This document shows positions 1 to 10,000 of a DNA stretch of 64,000 nt, piece by piece (the stretch's first letter is position 1; each line of letters opens with the position of its first letter). Position numbers and translations under genes: made by a program. The notes beneath the pieces are model-generated. The model did no database searches. It had not been told where the DNA came from and saw nothing but the letters and a program-made list of their open reading frames with translations. Origin of the DNA: a virus. The stretch covers positions 64,001 through 128,000 of IMG/VR virus record IMGVR_UViG_3300031519_006853; one strand, 5' to 3'.

Positions 1-23
1 TAAATAATAAAACAAAATAAAAA

Positions 24-698
24 ATGAAGACAACAGTAAATGAATATTTTGATAAAGTATTTTTAATAAATTTAAAGACACAGACTGAAAAGTTAGAATT
101 ATCTAAGAAACATCTTAGTAAGTATAACATTGAATTTGAAGTCTATGAAGCCTTGAATTGTGTAGTTGGAATTCCAGAAGATCATCCGAATAAACCTGTT
201 GTAGGTTTTTTAACAAATAAACCTGGTGCATTTGGTTGTTTAATGAGTCACTTAGGTGTTGTAAAAATTGCTAAAGAAAGAGGATATAAAAGAATATTAG
301 TTCTTGAAGATGATGTAGTATTAAGTAAAGATTTTTTAACTTTATTTTCAGAAAAAGTAAAAGACGTACCAAATGATTGGAAATTATTTTATTTAGGAGG
401 GAGCGGTCATACCGGTAGTGGAATTGATAAATTAACTAAAGTAACTGAAAATATTAGTAAAACAGTAGGTACATATACCACAGGGTCTTATGGTATTGAT
501 TCTTCTGCATATGATATAATTCTTAATGATCATAAAGTTCCACCAGGTAGGCCAATAGATCAATATTATATTGCATTTCAAAATAGATACCCCTCGTATG
601 TAACTCGCCCTAATATTGCTTGGCAAAGAGAAGGTATTAGTATGATTGCTCATGGGTGTTATAGAGATTATAGAGGATTTATGAAAGAAATAGATTAA
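24..698 (+). CDS. GT25-family glycosyltransferase
   Basis: FLINL N-terminus, GAFGCLMSH and ILVLEDDV motifs typical of GT25. Confidence 0.85.
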   Translation: MKTTVNEYFDKVFLINLKTQTEKLELSKKHLSKYNIEFEVYEALNCVVGIPEDHPNKPVVGFLTNKPGAFGCLMSHLGVVKIAKERGYKRILVLEDDVVLSKDFLTLFSEKVKDVPNDWKLFYLGGSGHTGSGIDKLTKVTENISKTVGTYTTGSYGIDSSAYDIILNDHKVPPGRPIDQYYIAFQNRYPSYVTRPNIAWQREGISMIAHGCYRDYRGFMKEID

Positions 699-699
699 G

Positions 700-1248
700 A
701 TGAAAATGAAAATAGATTTTATAATACCTACACTGTACCGCGATACCTTAGGAAGAGCTATTTCTTCGATTGAAGCAGAAAACATTGATCATAATTTACT
801 TATAAGTGGAAAATTTAAAGATGGGAGTGGTGTAAAGAATAGAAATAACAGTCTCGAAAAGGTTAAGGATAGTGATTGGATTATATTTTTGGATGATGAT
901 GATTGGTTACTTAGAGGCTTTAGTAAAGAATTGGATAGTGAATATGACATCGTAGTTTTGAGAATGTTGCAAAACTATAATGATCCTTATTTTCCACCTA
1001 AGTTAATACCACCTTATCATATTAAGCCAGAAGAATTAAACTATGGGTTATGTGGATGTAACATAGCAGTTAAAACTTCATTTTATCTTAAACATAAAAT
1101 AGAAGTAAAGAATGCAAAAAATCCAGACTTTGATTTTTTAGAAAGGTTATTAAAAGAAACAGATAAAGTTAAAATAACTCCGGGTATATATTATATGGCT
1201 CCTTTAGGTGGTTATAATAAAATTAAACCTGACGGTAAAAAAACATAA
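700..1248 (+). CDS. GT-A (GT2-like) glycosyltransferase
   Basis: IDFIIPTL start, WIIFLDDDD DxD motif. Confidence 0.65.
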   Translation: MKMKIDFIIPTLYRDTLGRAISSIEAENIDHNLLISGKFKDGSGVKNRNNSLEKVKDSDWIIFLDDDDWLLRGFSKELDSEYDIVVLRMLQNYNDPYFPPKLIPPYHIKPEELNYGLCGCNIAVKTSFYLKHKIEVKNAKNPDFDFLERLLKETDKVKITPGIYYMAPLGGYNKIKPDGKKT

Positions 1249-1254
1249 TAAGAA

Positions 1255-1860
1255 ATGATAATAACTGCATATAATGATATGATACCATCTAATGTTGTTG
1301 ATGGGCAAAGAAAAATATTTGAAAAGTTTGGAGAAAAGATTATTCAAATTAAACCAGCAACTTGGGGAGGGCATGCTCATACTTTAGATGAATGGATAAA
1401 AAATAATGAATGGGATCATTTAATTGTTTTAGATATAGATTGCATACCTCTTAATAAAGATGTAATAAAAGATGCAAGAGAATGGATTCAAAATAACTTA
1501 GGACTTTATTCAGTTGCACAGAATCCTAATCATATACCTAATGCAATTGATTATGCAAGCCCTGCATTTATAGCATTTTCTAAAAAAACATATGAAGAGT
1601 TAGGGAATCCTAGTTTTCAAGGATCTAATCAACCGCCTTGGGATGTAGGTGGTGAGTTTACTTATAAAGCTTTAGAAAAAAATCTACCTATTAAGTTAAT
1701 GTATCCTAGTGAAGTAGAAATTCCTAAATGGAAATTAGCTAATGGGAGTATGTTTGGTATAGGAACAACTTATGATAATAAAGTATACCATCATTTTGAA
1801 GGAAGAAGATTTAATCATAATAATATTATGAATCGCAAAATAAAATCTATATTAGGATGA
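1255..1860 (+). CDS. putative GT-A-fold glycosyltransferase
   Basis: LIVLDIDCIP DxD motif; glycan-cluster context. Confidence 0.5.
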   Translation: MIITAYNDMIPSNVVDGQRKIFEKFGEKIIQIKPATWGGHAHTLDEWIKNNEWDHLIVLDIDCIPLNKDVIKDAREWIQNNLGLYSVAQNPNHIPNAIDYASPAFIAFSKKTYEELGNPSFQGSNQPPWDVGGEFTYKALEKNLPIKLMYPSEVEIPKWKLANGSMFGIGTTYDNKVYHHFEGRRFNHNNIMNRKIKSILG

Positions 1861-3188
1861 GGGATTTTAATCAATGCCACGTAGGGCCTCATATACAATT
1901 TTTTGGAAAGGCTTTTATGAAAAGATGGAACTTTATCCCTTATACTGATGGGAATAAGCCAGTAGTTTTTTTTGGTATAAACAGACAACATGAATTAATT
2001 AATAATCACAAAGGTCCTAAAATAATTATTACTTCTGGTCCAGAGGATTTACCTGATTGGAATATACTTAAGAATAGAAAAAATCTTTTTCTTTTAAGTA
2101 GTGTAGATAAATTAAATAAGTCTATACCTTCAGATGTTATATTTAAGAGAGAAATGATTGAGATGAAGGATTTTTCGATGTTTAAGCCTAATGTCCTAGG
2201 TAATAAAATTTATGCTTATACAGGAACTCATTCTTGGTCTGTTAATCATTATCTTAAAAATGAATTACAAAAATATCTTCCGTATGAATTAATTTATAAA
2301 ACACATAATAGTGTTAATGATTATTATGATTTAAAATATCTCAAAGAAAATTATTATGACAAATCTTTTATGTGTATTAATTTACATGCTGGATTTGGCA
2401 TGACAACAGTAAGAGAATTGGCTTTAATGGGAAGAAAGGTTGCAATGAATCCTATTAATTATACACACTCCTTTGGTAAAGCTTGTTTACCCTTTGAATT
2501 AAATCATCCTACTAACGGCTTGGTTAATATTATAAAAAAAGAAGCCAAAAAGATTGGTACAATTCAACCTAGTATTAATTTACATACCCAAAATAATGAT
2601 AAATGGTTGTATTTAGATTATTATGTAAACAATAATACAATAAAACCATATAAAAATAAAAATAAAAATACCGTGAAACTTAAAAATTTAGGAAAATATA
2701 ATATTATAGCAGATGATGTTATTATTGAAGATGGCGTAAAGATTGGAAATTTTAATACTATAGCAAGTGGGACAATAATTAAAAAAGGAGCAGTGATTGG
2801 TAATTATTGCGAAATAGGTAAAAATAATGTTATTGGGGAAAATTCTATTTTACAAGGTAGAATTAGAACTGCAAGTGGTTGTATTTTTGAAAAAAATGTA
2901 ACTACTAAATATGGTACTATTTTAACCTCAGATGTATTGTTAAAAGAAGGGTGTTTTTTAGGACCTCATACCATTACGCTAGGATCTACTCATGAAAGAA
3001 TAACCAAGCATGGTACAATTATTGGTAAAAATACTTATATAGGTGCCGGATCCAAAATAGCAGCCGATACTAAAATAGGTGATGATATTGTGATAGGTGC
3101 TTTAGGTTTTGTAAATAAAGATTTAACTACTCCGGGTATATATGCAGGATTACCTGTCAAATTTATTAAGAAAAATAAAAAGAAATAA
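1857..3188 (+). CDS. fusion: unknown N-terminal domain plus C-terminal hexapeptide-repeat acyltransferase
   Basis: C-terminal [IV]GxNxxI repeats ending in GIYAGLPVKFIK. Confidence 0.7.
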   Translation: MRDFNQCHVGPHIQFFGKAFMKRWNFIPYTDGNKPVVFFGINRQHELINNHKGPKIIITSGPEDLPDWNILKNRKNLFLLSSVDKLNKSIPSDVIFKREMIEMKDFSMFKPNVLGNKIYAYTGTHSWSVNHYLKNELQKYLPYELIYKTHNSVNDYYDLKYLKENYYDKSFMCINLHAGFGMTTVRELALMGRKVAMNPINYTHSFGKACLPFELNHPTNGLVNIIKKEAKKIGTIQPSINLHTQNNDKWLYLDYYVNNNTIKPYKNKNKNTVKLKNLGKYNIIADDVIIEDGVKIGNFNTIASGTIIKKGAVIGNYCEIGKNNVIGENSILQGRIRTASGCIFEKNVTTKYGTILTSDVLLKEGCFLGPHTITLGSTHERITKHGTIIGKNTYIGAGSKIAADTKIGDDIVIGALGFVNKDLTTPGIYAGLPVKFIKKNKKK

Positions 3189-3715
3189 TGGAAATACTTC
3201 CAATGAGAACTCCGGCTAATACTAAAGGCCTAAAAGAATTAATATCTTCACTACCATCAAATTTGGTAATGTCTGAAATAGGGTGTTATGCAGGTCTTAG
3301 TACTAAAATTTTTATGGAATCAGGTAAAGTAAAAACTCTTTATGCTATTGATATTTGGGAAGATGTCTTAAATTTATTTAAAAGCAAATGGAAAGATCAT
3401 AATTTTAAAGCAGTAGAAGCTGAGTTTGATAAAAACCTAAAAGGCTTTAATGTAGTAAAATTAAAAATGAATGCTAAAGAAGCACAAGATCATTTACCAC
3501 AATTAGATTTTGCTTATATTGATGGAAATCATCATTATGAATATGTTAAGGAAGATATACAAATTTGTTTAAAAAAAATAAAGAATGATGGAATAATAAG
3601 TGGTCATGATTACTGTGAAGAATCACCAGGCGTCATAAAAGCTGTTAATGAAATGTTTGGTAAACCTGATAAAGTATTTTCAGATGCAAGCTGGATCGTA
3701 AAGTTAAAAAAATGA
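3188..3715 (+). CDS. class I SAM-dependent methyltransferase (Methyltransf_24-like)
   Basis: EIGCYAGLST, YIDGNHHYEYVKED, ISGHDY. Confidence 0.85.
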   Translation: MEILPMRTPANTKGLKELISSLPSNLVMSEIGCYAGLSTKIFMESGKVKTLYAIDIWEDVLNLFKSKWKDHNFKAVEAEFDKNLKGFNVVKLKMNAKEAQDHLPQLDFAYIDGNHHYEYVKEDIQICLKKIKNDGIISGHDYCEESPGVIKAVNEMFGKPDKVFSDASWIVKLKK

Positions 3716-4410
3716 AAAGTTTAAAAGATAAGTGGATGACCACATTTTATGGCATGGATTGGTATAAGATAAATTCTATAACTGATCTTGCTAATATACA
3801 AGGACCTGCTCTAATTGAATATGTTATTGATGTTAATAAATATAGAGAAATAGAAAAAGTACAAGAATTAGGCTTTACTTTAGTTGAAACAGATATAGAA
3901 TTTGAAACTTTAATTGATCATGACAGAGGATCTCTCCCTAATATTAGAATAGCAAATGAAAATGATTTAGGAGCTATTTTAGAAATAACAAAGGAGTGTT
4001 ATTCTTCTCATAATAAATTTTATAATAGATTTAGAAACAAATCTTTTTTTACAGAAAAGCAAGCAGAAGATTATTATAAAAATAGTGTTATTAATAATTA
4101 TGAAGGAGAAAATATAATTAAAGTTGTAGTAGAAGATAACGAAGGTATTTGCGCCTATTATATTATAAAGAAACTGGAAAGTCTAGAACTATATGGAAAA
4201 TATAAAGGCATTATTGCAGGAGTATCTGCTAGGGCAAGAGGTAAAAATCTACATGTAGAAATGCAAAACAAAATAACTGAATTAATTAAAGAACCTTATA
4301 TAACAGTAAATAGAACACAATTAGGAAACTATAGAGTAATAGGAAATCATTTAAAAGATAGAAGACAATTATCTAAAATTGAACATTATTTTTATAAAAA
4401 AATAAAATAA
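3712..4410 (+). CDS. GNAT acetyltransferase, WecD/RffC-like
   Basis: IRIANENDLGAI, GVSARARGKNL acetyl-CoA loop, TQLGN; adjacent to an aminotransferase. Confidence 0.65.
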   Translation: MKSLKDKWMTTFYGMDWYKINSITDLANIQGPALIEYVIDVNKYREIEKVQELGFTLVETDIEFETLIDHDRGSLPNIRIANENDLGAILEITKECYSSHNKFYNRFRNKSFFTEKQAEDYYKNSVINNYEGENIIKVVVEDNEGICAYYIIKKLESLELYGKYKGIIAGVSARARGKNLHVEMQNKITELIKEPYITVNRTQLGNYRVIGNHLKDRRQLSKIEHYFYKKIK

Positions 4411-4412
4411 GT

Positions 4413-5045
4413 ATGCCAATTAAAAAACATAGCCCTTATAAAATAGTAAGTATGTTTGAAGAAGAGCTCTCTGAATATACCGGCGCTAAATATGTAGTAG
4501 CAGTTGACAGCTGCACTAATGCTTTATTTTTAGTTTGTAAGTATTTACAAGTTAAAGAAGTTACTATCCCATCACAAACATATCTTTCAGTTCCTATGAG
4601 CATAATACATGCCGGTGGAAATATAATTTTTGATAAATCAGCAAAATCTAATCATTGGAAAGGCATATATCAATTAAAACCCTATCCTATATATGATGCA
4701 GCAAAAAGATTTACATCTAACATGTATATTAAAGAATCCTTTATGTGTTTATCTTTTCATATTAAAAAATTATTAAATATTGGTAAAGGTGGTGCTATTT
4801 TAACTGATAACAAAGAAGCCTATGAATGGTTTAAAAAAGCAAGGTATGAAGGTAGGAGTGAAAAGTTTTATAAAGAAGACAGTATTGAAACTTTAGGTTG
4901 GAATATGTATATGACTCCACAACAAGCAGCTCACGGTTTATGTTTAATGCAAAATCATCCAATCAACGCAGAAGATCAGGGAGAGCATAATGGTTATCGT
5001 GACTTAACTGAATTTCCAGTTTTTAAAAAATATAAAACTATATAA
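4413..5045 (+). CDS. short DegT/DnrJ/EryC1/StrS sugar aminotransferase
   Basis: VAVDSCTNAL, YDAA, SFHIKK (Schiff-base Lys), GKGGAILTD, LGWNMYM; only 210 aa. Confidence 0.85.
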   Translation: MPIKKHSPYKIVSMFEEELSEYTGAKYVVAVDSCTNALFLVCKYLQVKEVTIPSQTYLSVPMSIIHAGGNIIFDKSAKSNHWKGIYQLKPYPIYDAAKRFTSNMYIKESFMCLSFHIKKLLNIGKGGAILTDNKEAYEWFKKARYEGRSEKFYKEDSIETLGWNMYMTPQQAAHGLCLMQNHPINAEDQGEHNGYRDLTEFPVFKKYKTI

Positions 5046-5710
5046 TGGAAGAATCAATTAAAGAATTAATACAAAAAGAAATACAGGCAATAGGAAATAT
5101 ACCTGTTGATTTTAGTTTTGAATTAGCTGTTAATAAAATTAAAATGAAAGTTCATAGTTTAAGTAAGTGTGGAAAGGTTGTAATTTCAGGTATGGGTAAG
5201 GCTGGTCAAATAGGTTTAAACATTTCAACAACCTTATGTTCTACTGGAACTCCTTCTGTTTATTTACATCCTAGTGAAGCACAGCATGGAGACTTAGGAA
5301 TACTTCAACAGAATGATGTTCTTATTCTTTTATCAAACTCTGGTAAGACTAGAGAAATATTAGAATTAATTGAATTATCTAAAAACATGTATCCTCATAT
5401 TAGTATTATCTGTATAACTGGTAAAAAAGATAGCCCATTAGCAAAGGCATCAGATATAGTTTTACACACTGGTGATGCTGATGAAATTTGCCCGCTAGGA
5501 TTAACACCAACAATATCAACAACACTAATGACAGTAATCGGTGATATCTTAGTTGTAGAATTAATGAAGAAGATTAACTTTTCAAAAAAGGAATATTCTA
5601 AAAGACATCATAGTGGTTATTTAGGACAGAAAAGCAAAGAGGACACTAAGCATCCACCAGGAAGTTTGTTAAATGAACTTCCACCAAACGATTATCAAAT
5701 GGGAAATTAA
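5045..5710 (+). CDS. kdsD: arabinose-5-phosphate isomerase, SIS domain only (no CBS pair)
   Basis: GMGKAG, HPSEAQHGDLG, SNSGKTRE, EICPLGLTPTISTT. Confidence 0.9.
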   Translation: MEESIKELIQKEIQAIGNIPVDFSFELAVNKIKMKVHSLSKCGKVVISGMGKAGQIGLNISTTLCSTGTPSVYLHPSEAQHGDLGILQQNDVLILLSNSGKTREILELIELSKNMYPHISIICITGKKDSPLAKASDIVLHTGDADEICPLGLTPTISTTLMTVIGDILVVELMKKINFSKKEYSKRHHSGYLGQKSKEDTKHPPGSLLNELPPNDYQMGN

Positions 5711-6417
5711 TGAAAACAATAATTATTATACCTGCAAGATGGGAATCAACTAGATTACCAGGGAAGCCTTTAGCTATGATTGGTGATAAGCCAATGATAC
5801 AACATACTTGGGAAAGGGCATGCGAATCTAATGCTGATGAGGTTATTATTGCATGTGATAGTAAAATTGTATATGATGCTGCTACTAAATTTGGGGCTAA
5901 AGTTATATGGACTCCTGGTGCAGATACAGGAACTGAAAGAGTAATAGGTGTTCAAAAAATTGAGGCTGCTGATTTTATTATTAATGTTCAAGGCGATGAA
6001 CCCTTTATTAATCCTAATGATATTAATGAAGTAATTAAAATTGTTCATAATCATCCAGATAAAGTAGCAACAATGTCAACAGATTTAACAAGTAATGAAG
6101 GAAAGGATCCTAATGTTGTTAAAGCAATACGAAATGCAATAGGTTTAGTTGGAATGTTTACTAGGAGTTCTATTTACATGAAAACTAATTTTGCATATAA
6201 GCATATTGGTTTATACGGCTATAGTGCTAAAGTACTAAACAAAATATCTGCATTAAAACCTTCAGAAAGTTCTATTAAAGACTCACTAGAGCAATTAACT
6301 TGGATGGACAATAATATACCTATTGTTGCAGGTTGGACATCTTACAAGTCATTAGGCGTTGACACAAAAGAAGATTTAAAAAATGCTAATGACTTTTATA
6401 AAACTATTCATAATTAA
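5710..6417 (+). CDS. kdsB: CMP-Kdo synthetase
   Basis: IPARWESTRLPGKPL, TGTER, INVQGDEP, HIGLYGY, SLEQL, GVDT. Confidence 0.92.
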   Translation: MKTIIIIPARWESTRLPGKPLAMIGDKPMIQHTWERACESNADEVIIACDSKIVYDAATKFGAKVIWTPGADTGTERVIGVQKIEAADFIINVQGDEPFINPNDINEVIKIVHNHPDKVATMSTDLTSNEGKDPNVVKAIRNAIGLVGMFTRSSIYMKTNFAYKHIGLYGYSAKVLNKISALKPSESSIKDSLEQLTWMDNNIPIVAGWTSYKSLGVDTKEDLKNANDFYKTIHN

Positions 6418-6426
6418 TCCATATAA
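6401..6426 (+). promoter_or_regulatory. class II motif AAAC-N17-TATAA
   Basis: AAAC-N15-CATATAA. Confidence 0.55.
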
Positions 6427-6450
6427 TAATAAATAATAAGTATACTTTAA

Positions 6451-7458
6451 ATGAAGAGGAAAATAGTATTGTATGGCGGATATTCCGACAATGAGTATAA
6501 TGCAGAAACAGTATATGATACTAAAGGATGCGGTGGTAGTGAAATAGCGTTAATCAAGCTAGCTGAAAATTTAGCCAAAGACAAACGCAATGAAGTTGTA
6601 GTCTCTTCTAGTATGATTATAGAAGGAACATTTAAAGGCATACTTCACCTAAATAAGAAGAGCCTAAATAACTATCTAAATAACAACGAAGTTGACATTG
6701 CTATAGTGTCTAGGTATATCCATTACGTCCTTGATCACAAGTTGGCCAAGAAAAACTATTTATGGCTACATGACTATCAACCTCATTCATGGTGGAATGG
6801 AAAACAATTTAATCCAGAAGTCCTAGGTAATTTGTTTCCTTTATTTGATAAGGTAGTGTGCGTTAGTGATTGGCAAGCAGGTGTTCAAATTAGTAGATAT
6901 GGGGAACATGTCAAAGAGTTTCTAACCACCATACACAACGGAGTCGATCAGTCTAATTTTCCTAAAGAAATAGACACTTCTTTAAAGCAATCTGGTAAAA
7001 TAGTTTTTAATTGCAGAACTAGCGGGCTTCAGAATGCCGTTGACTGGTTTAATGAATACAAAAAACACAATCAAAACGCAGAGCTCCATGTCTTTGCACA
7101 AGAAGCTGGTTTACAACACGTGGCCGGTGACTTGACAGGAGTTTTTGATAGAGGTAGAGTTTCTAATATAGAAATGATAAATGAACTCGTAACCGCTGAG
7201 ATATGGATTAATTCAAGCACAGTGCCTGAAACGTTTTGTATATCTTCAGTAGAAGCTCAGCTTTGCAAGTGCATACCTGTTATAATGCCACAAGCCGGCA
7301 TGTTAGAAATAACACCACATTACAATGATGTAAAAAGTCATAACATTGACTTTACAACTAGACAAATAGAAGAAAACTATAAATCAGCATTAGATTTCAC
7401 ATGGGAACGAAATGCTAAAGAGTTTAATGTGTTAATAAATAAAAAATATAATGTTTAA
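6451..7458 (+). CDS. GT4-like (GT-B) glycosyltransferase
   Basis: GGSEIA, VCVSDWQ, IHNGVD, ETFCISSVEA (ExF..E) motif. Confidence 0.8.
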   Translation: MKRKIVLYGGYSDNEYNAETVYDTKGCGGSEIALIKLAENLAKDKRNEVVVSSSMIIEGTFKGILHLNKKSLNNYLNNNEVDIAIVSRYIHYVLDHKLAKKNYLWLHDYQPHSWWNGKQFNPEVLGNLFPLFDKVVCVSDWQAGVQISRYGEHVKEFLTTIHNGVDQSNFPKEIDTSLKQSGKIVFNCRTSGLQNAVDWFNEYKKHNQNAELHVFAQEAGLQHVAGDLTGVFDRGRVSNIEMINELVTAEIWINSSTVPETFCISSVEAQLCKCIPVIMPQAGMLEITPHYNDVKSHNIDFTTRQIEENYKSALDFTWERNAKEFNVLINKKYNV

Positions 7459-7690
7459 AATACTTAAAAAAATTAGAGCTTGGTTTTTGCCAAAGCATGA
7501 AGGTGAATTTTCATATTCACCAGAAGGTTTTGTTATGGCTAGGCGATGGGCAAAAAATCAACCTCATCCTAAATTACCAGATCACCCAACCCAATCATTA
7601 TGGAACTATGTAGAGAGTAATTGGATTGATTCAGAATATAAATTAAATGAAATCAATAAAGTTAAAACAAATAAGAATAAAAGTATATAA
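7451..7690 (+). CDS. hypothetical protein
   Basis: ORF tightly coupled to neighbours. Confidence 0.6.
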   Translation: MFKILKKIRAWFLPKHEGEFSYSPEGFVMARRWAKNQPHPKLPDHPTQSLWNYVESNWIDSEYKLNEINKVKTNKNKSI

Positions 7691-7695
7691 TTAAT

Positions 7696-7959
7696 ATGGA
7701 AGGTCAAAAAATGAATGTAGATATTGATTCAACACAAGAAATAGTTTGTGATGAGTGTGGTCATAACGTGTTTAGGCCAGGATTCTTCTTAAGAAAGATA
7801 AGTAGGTTTGTATCACCAGATGGCCAAGATAGGTTATTACCTTTAGATACAATGGAATGTAGTAAATGTGGAAATATTAATAAAGAATTTCAGGCAGCAA
7901 CGCCTAAAGTAAAAACAAAAACAAAAACTAATAATTTAAAAGATGGCAAAGACAATTAA
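7696..7959 (+). CDS. zinc-ribbon protein
   Basis: CDECG ... CSKCG. Confidence 0.7.
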   Translation: MEGQKMNVDIDSTQEIVCDECGHNVFRPGFFLRKISRFVSPDGQDRLLPLDTMECSKCGNINKEFQAATPKVKTKTKTNNLKDGKDN

Positions 7960-8647
7960 AATGGATAGAAACAATAAAGAGTCATACGATAATCAAATCG
8001 ATGCTTCTGTGGGTTCTAAAGAAGAACAACAACAATTAAAGGATGAATTATATACTCCTAAGGGAAATACTCATATAAAACCTGATCCTCGAAAGATGAG
8101 TGAAATTATTACTGATAAGAAAGCTGCATTAAAACTTAATGAAGATTTACTTAGAAATCTTCAGAAAAATGAGTATGATATTCCAATGGCAAAAGCTAAG
8201 CTTTATAAGCAACTTATGAAGTTTTTAGAAAAAGATGCTGAATGGGGTCATACTACTGCGACAGGTTTAGTAATGTTATATTCTAATCTTAAAGAAAATT
8301 CTAAAGCAGTTCAGTCTAAAGACTGGGACGGTATTGTTAAATTAAGAGGTACAAGTATTACTATCCTATGGACAATGGTAACATCAATGAAAGGTAAAGG
8401 ATTCTTTGAAGCTAGAAATTTTATTGAGTTAATGGCTGAATTTGGACAAGATCTTTCTACTGTAGTTCAAAAGGTTCATCAAGATAACCAAGCACTTAGA
8501 GATAATCACGTAAAGTTATCAGAATTAGATAAAGAAGTTAATCATCCTGATGTTATTCTTGATGTATCAATTGATGAATATAATAAAGCTGAAGATGAAC
8601 TTAATCAATTAATGGATGAAGTTGATCCAGTAGTAGAAACAGTTTAA
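7943..8647 (+). CDS. hypothetical helical protein
   Basis: 234-aa ORF in operon. Confidence 0.65.
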   Translation: MAKTIKMDRNNKESYDNQIDASVGSKEEQQQLKDELYTPKGNTHIKPDPRKMSEIITDKKAALKLNEDLLRNLQKNEYDIPMAKAKLYKQLMKFLEKDAEWGHTTATGLVMLYSNLKENSKAVQSKDWDGIVKLRGTSITILWTMVTSMKGKGFFEARNFIELMAEFGQDLSTVVQKVHQDNQALRDNHVKLSELDKEVNHPDVILDVSIDEYNKAEDELNQLMDEVDPVVETV

Positions 8648-8648
8648 T

Positions 8649-8897
8649 ATGGGATTCCACAGAAGACATATAGATAATGATCAAGTTATCAGATTTTATA
8701 ATGACGGTGGAGTAGAAAGAATAAGAAGTTGGTATACACGAGGAGTGGATGCTTTAATTACAGAAACCGGCCTGGCATCACAGGTCGGTTCTATTCTTTC
8801 AGATGATGAATGGAGACAAATAGGAACTGTTCGCCAAGATGAAGAAATCATCAAAATAATTCAACAACATTTAGGAGTAGAAGACATTAAAAAATAA
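8649..8897 (+). CDS. hypothetical protein
   Basis: ORF in operon. Confidence 0.6.
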   Translation: MGFHRRHIDNDQVIRFYNDGGVERIRSWYTRGVDALITETGLASQVGSILSDDEWRQIGTVRQDEEIIKIIQQHLGVEDIKK

Positions 8898-8939
8898 CTC
8901 CATCCTTGTTGAATAAATAAAGAAAACAAACTGTTTAAC

Positions 8940-9998
8940 ATGGAACATATTAAAGACTACAAATTATTTAAAGAGTCTCTAAATACCGAAGTACTCAATG
9001 AGGCTTTTAGTTCAGGTATCTTAAGAGATTTATCTAGCCAAAGTAGAGGCAAATGGGGTGGCAACTTAGCCAAAGACATGCAAAAATATGCAAGTCTTGC
9101 TCTAGACAAAATTTCGGATTCGGATTTTACTACAACTTCACCAGAAGCTTATTGGAAAGGTGGCGATGCAAAGAACCCTAACAAAATAGGATTCTTTGTT
9201 GATGATGATCCAGGATTTATTAAATGGGCAAAGGCAAACAAAAAATACTTACCAGGAGATTTAACATTAGGTAACATTTCAAAATATGGAATAGTATTAT
9301 CTGTTGTAAGAGGTGGTGCTGGGATGTGGCATGGATTTGCTACTGATAGAGGTGGTTCTTATAGTAGACATAGAAAAGGTACTGAAGAAAGATATGGACT
9401 TCTTGCAAAAGAATATGATACTAACGGAGTTTACAGAGGCTATGAAGGCAAAAATGTTGTTGCTAAAGTAACAAGGAAAAATCTTATTGATATTGCAACT
9501 CGTGTTTATGTATTAGACTTAGATAGTTTAAGAGATAAGTATGATGTAAGCGGTTTAACTAGTGATCGTGCCAATGCTAAATCAGGTGCAACTGCGTTAA
9601 AGGATGCTAAAACTATTAAAAAAGAAAATCAAGCAAGGTATGATGCTATCTTAACCGATAGAGCTGCAATGACTGATGTTGATAAATCAGTTAAAGATTC
9701 TATTGAATTATTAAATCAACATATATCCGATGCATTAAAAGATGGTACTATGGATAAATTTGGAAACCTTACTATTGGTGAAGATCCAAGAGGAAGAAGT
9801 ATTAAGATAACTGATGGCGCTAATTACATTAAAAATCTTTTAGATGATTACCAAAGATATAAGGATTATGAAAGACAAGATAAAGAAGCAAAAGCTGATG
9901 GTAGAGAAGATAACTGGCATGCAAGAGAAATAAAGAATTATGCTAAAAGAATTCAAGATAGAGCTAGAGCAGTAAAGGCTAAAAATTATGCTTGGTAA
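8940..9998 (+). CDS. putative virion-internal protein with CTS-like leader
   Basis: MEHIKDYKLFKESLNTEVLNE|A leader. Confidence 0.6.
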   Translation: MEHIKDYKLFKESLNTEVLNEAFSSGILRDLSSQSRGKWGGNLAKDMQKYASLALDKISDSDFTTTSPEAYWKGGDAKNPNKIGFFVDDDPGFIKWAKANKKYLPGDLTLGNISKYGIVLSVVRGGAGMWHGFATDRGGSYSRHRKGTEERYGLLAKEYDTNGVYRGYEGKNVVAKVTRKNLIDIATRVYVLDLDSLRDKYDVSGLTSDRANAKSGATALKDAKTIKKENQARYDAILTDRAAMTDVDKSVKDSIELLNQHISDALKDGTMDKFGNLTIGEDPRGRSIKITDGANYIKNLLDDYQRYKDYERQDKEAKADGREDNWHAREIKNYAKRIQDRARAVKAKNYAW

Positions 9999-10000
9999 TT

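Noticed and set aside
24-7458. Bacterial chromosomal LPS locus
   Set aside because: It is contiguous with phage-type hypothetical, internal and structural genes, T4-like ligase and early modules; no wzx/wzy or housekeeping synteny.
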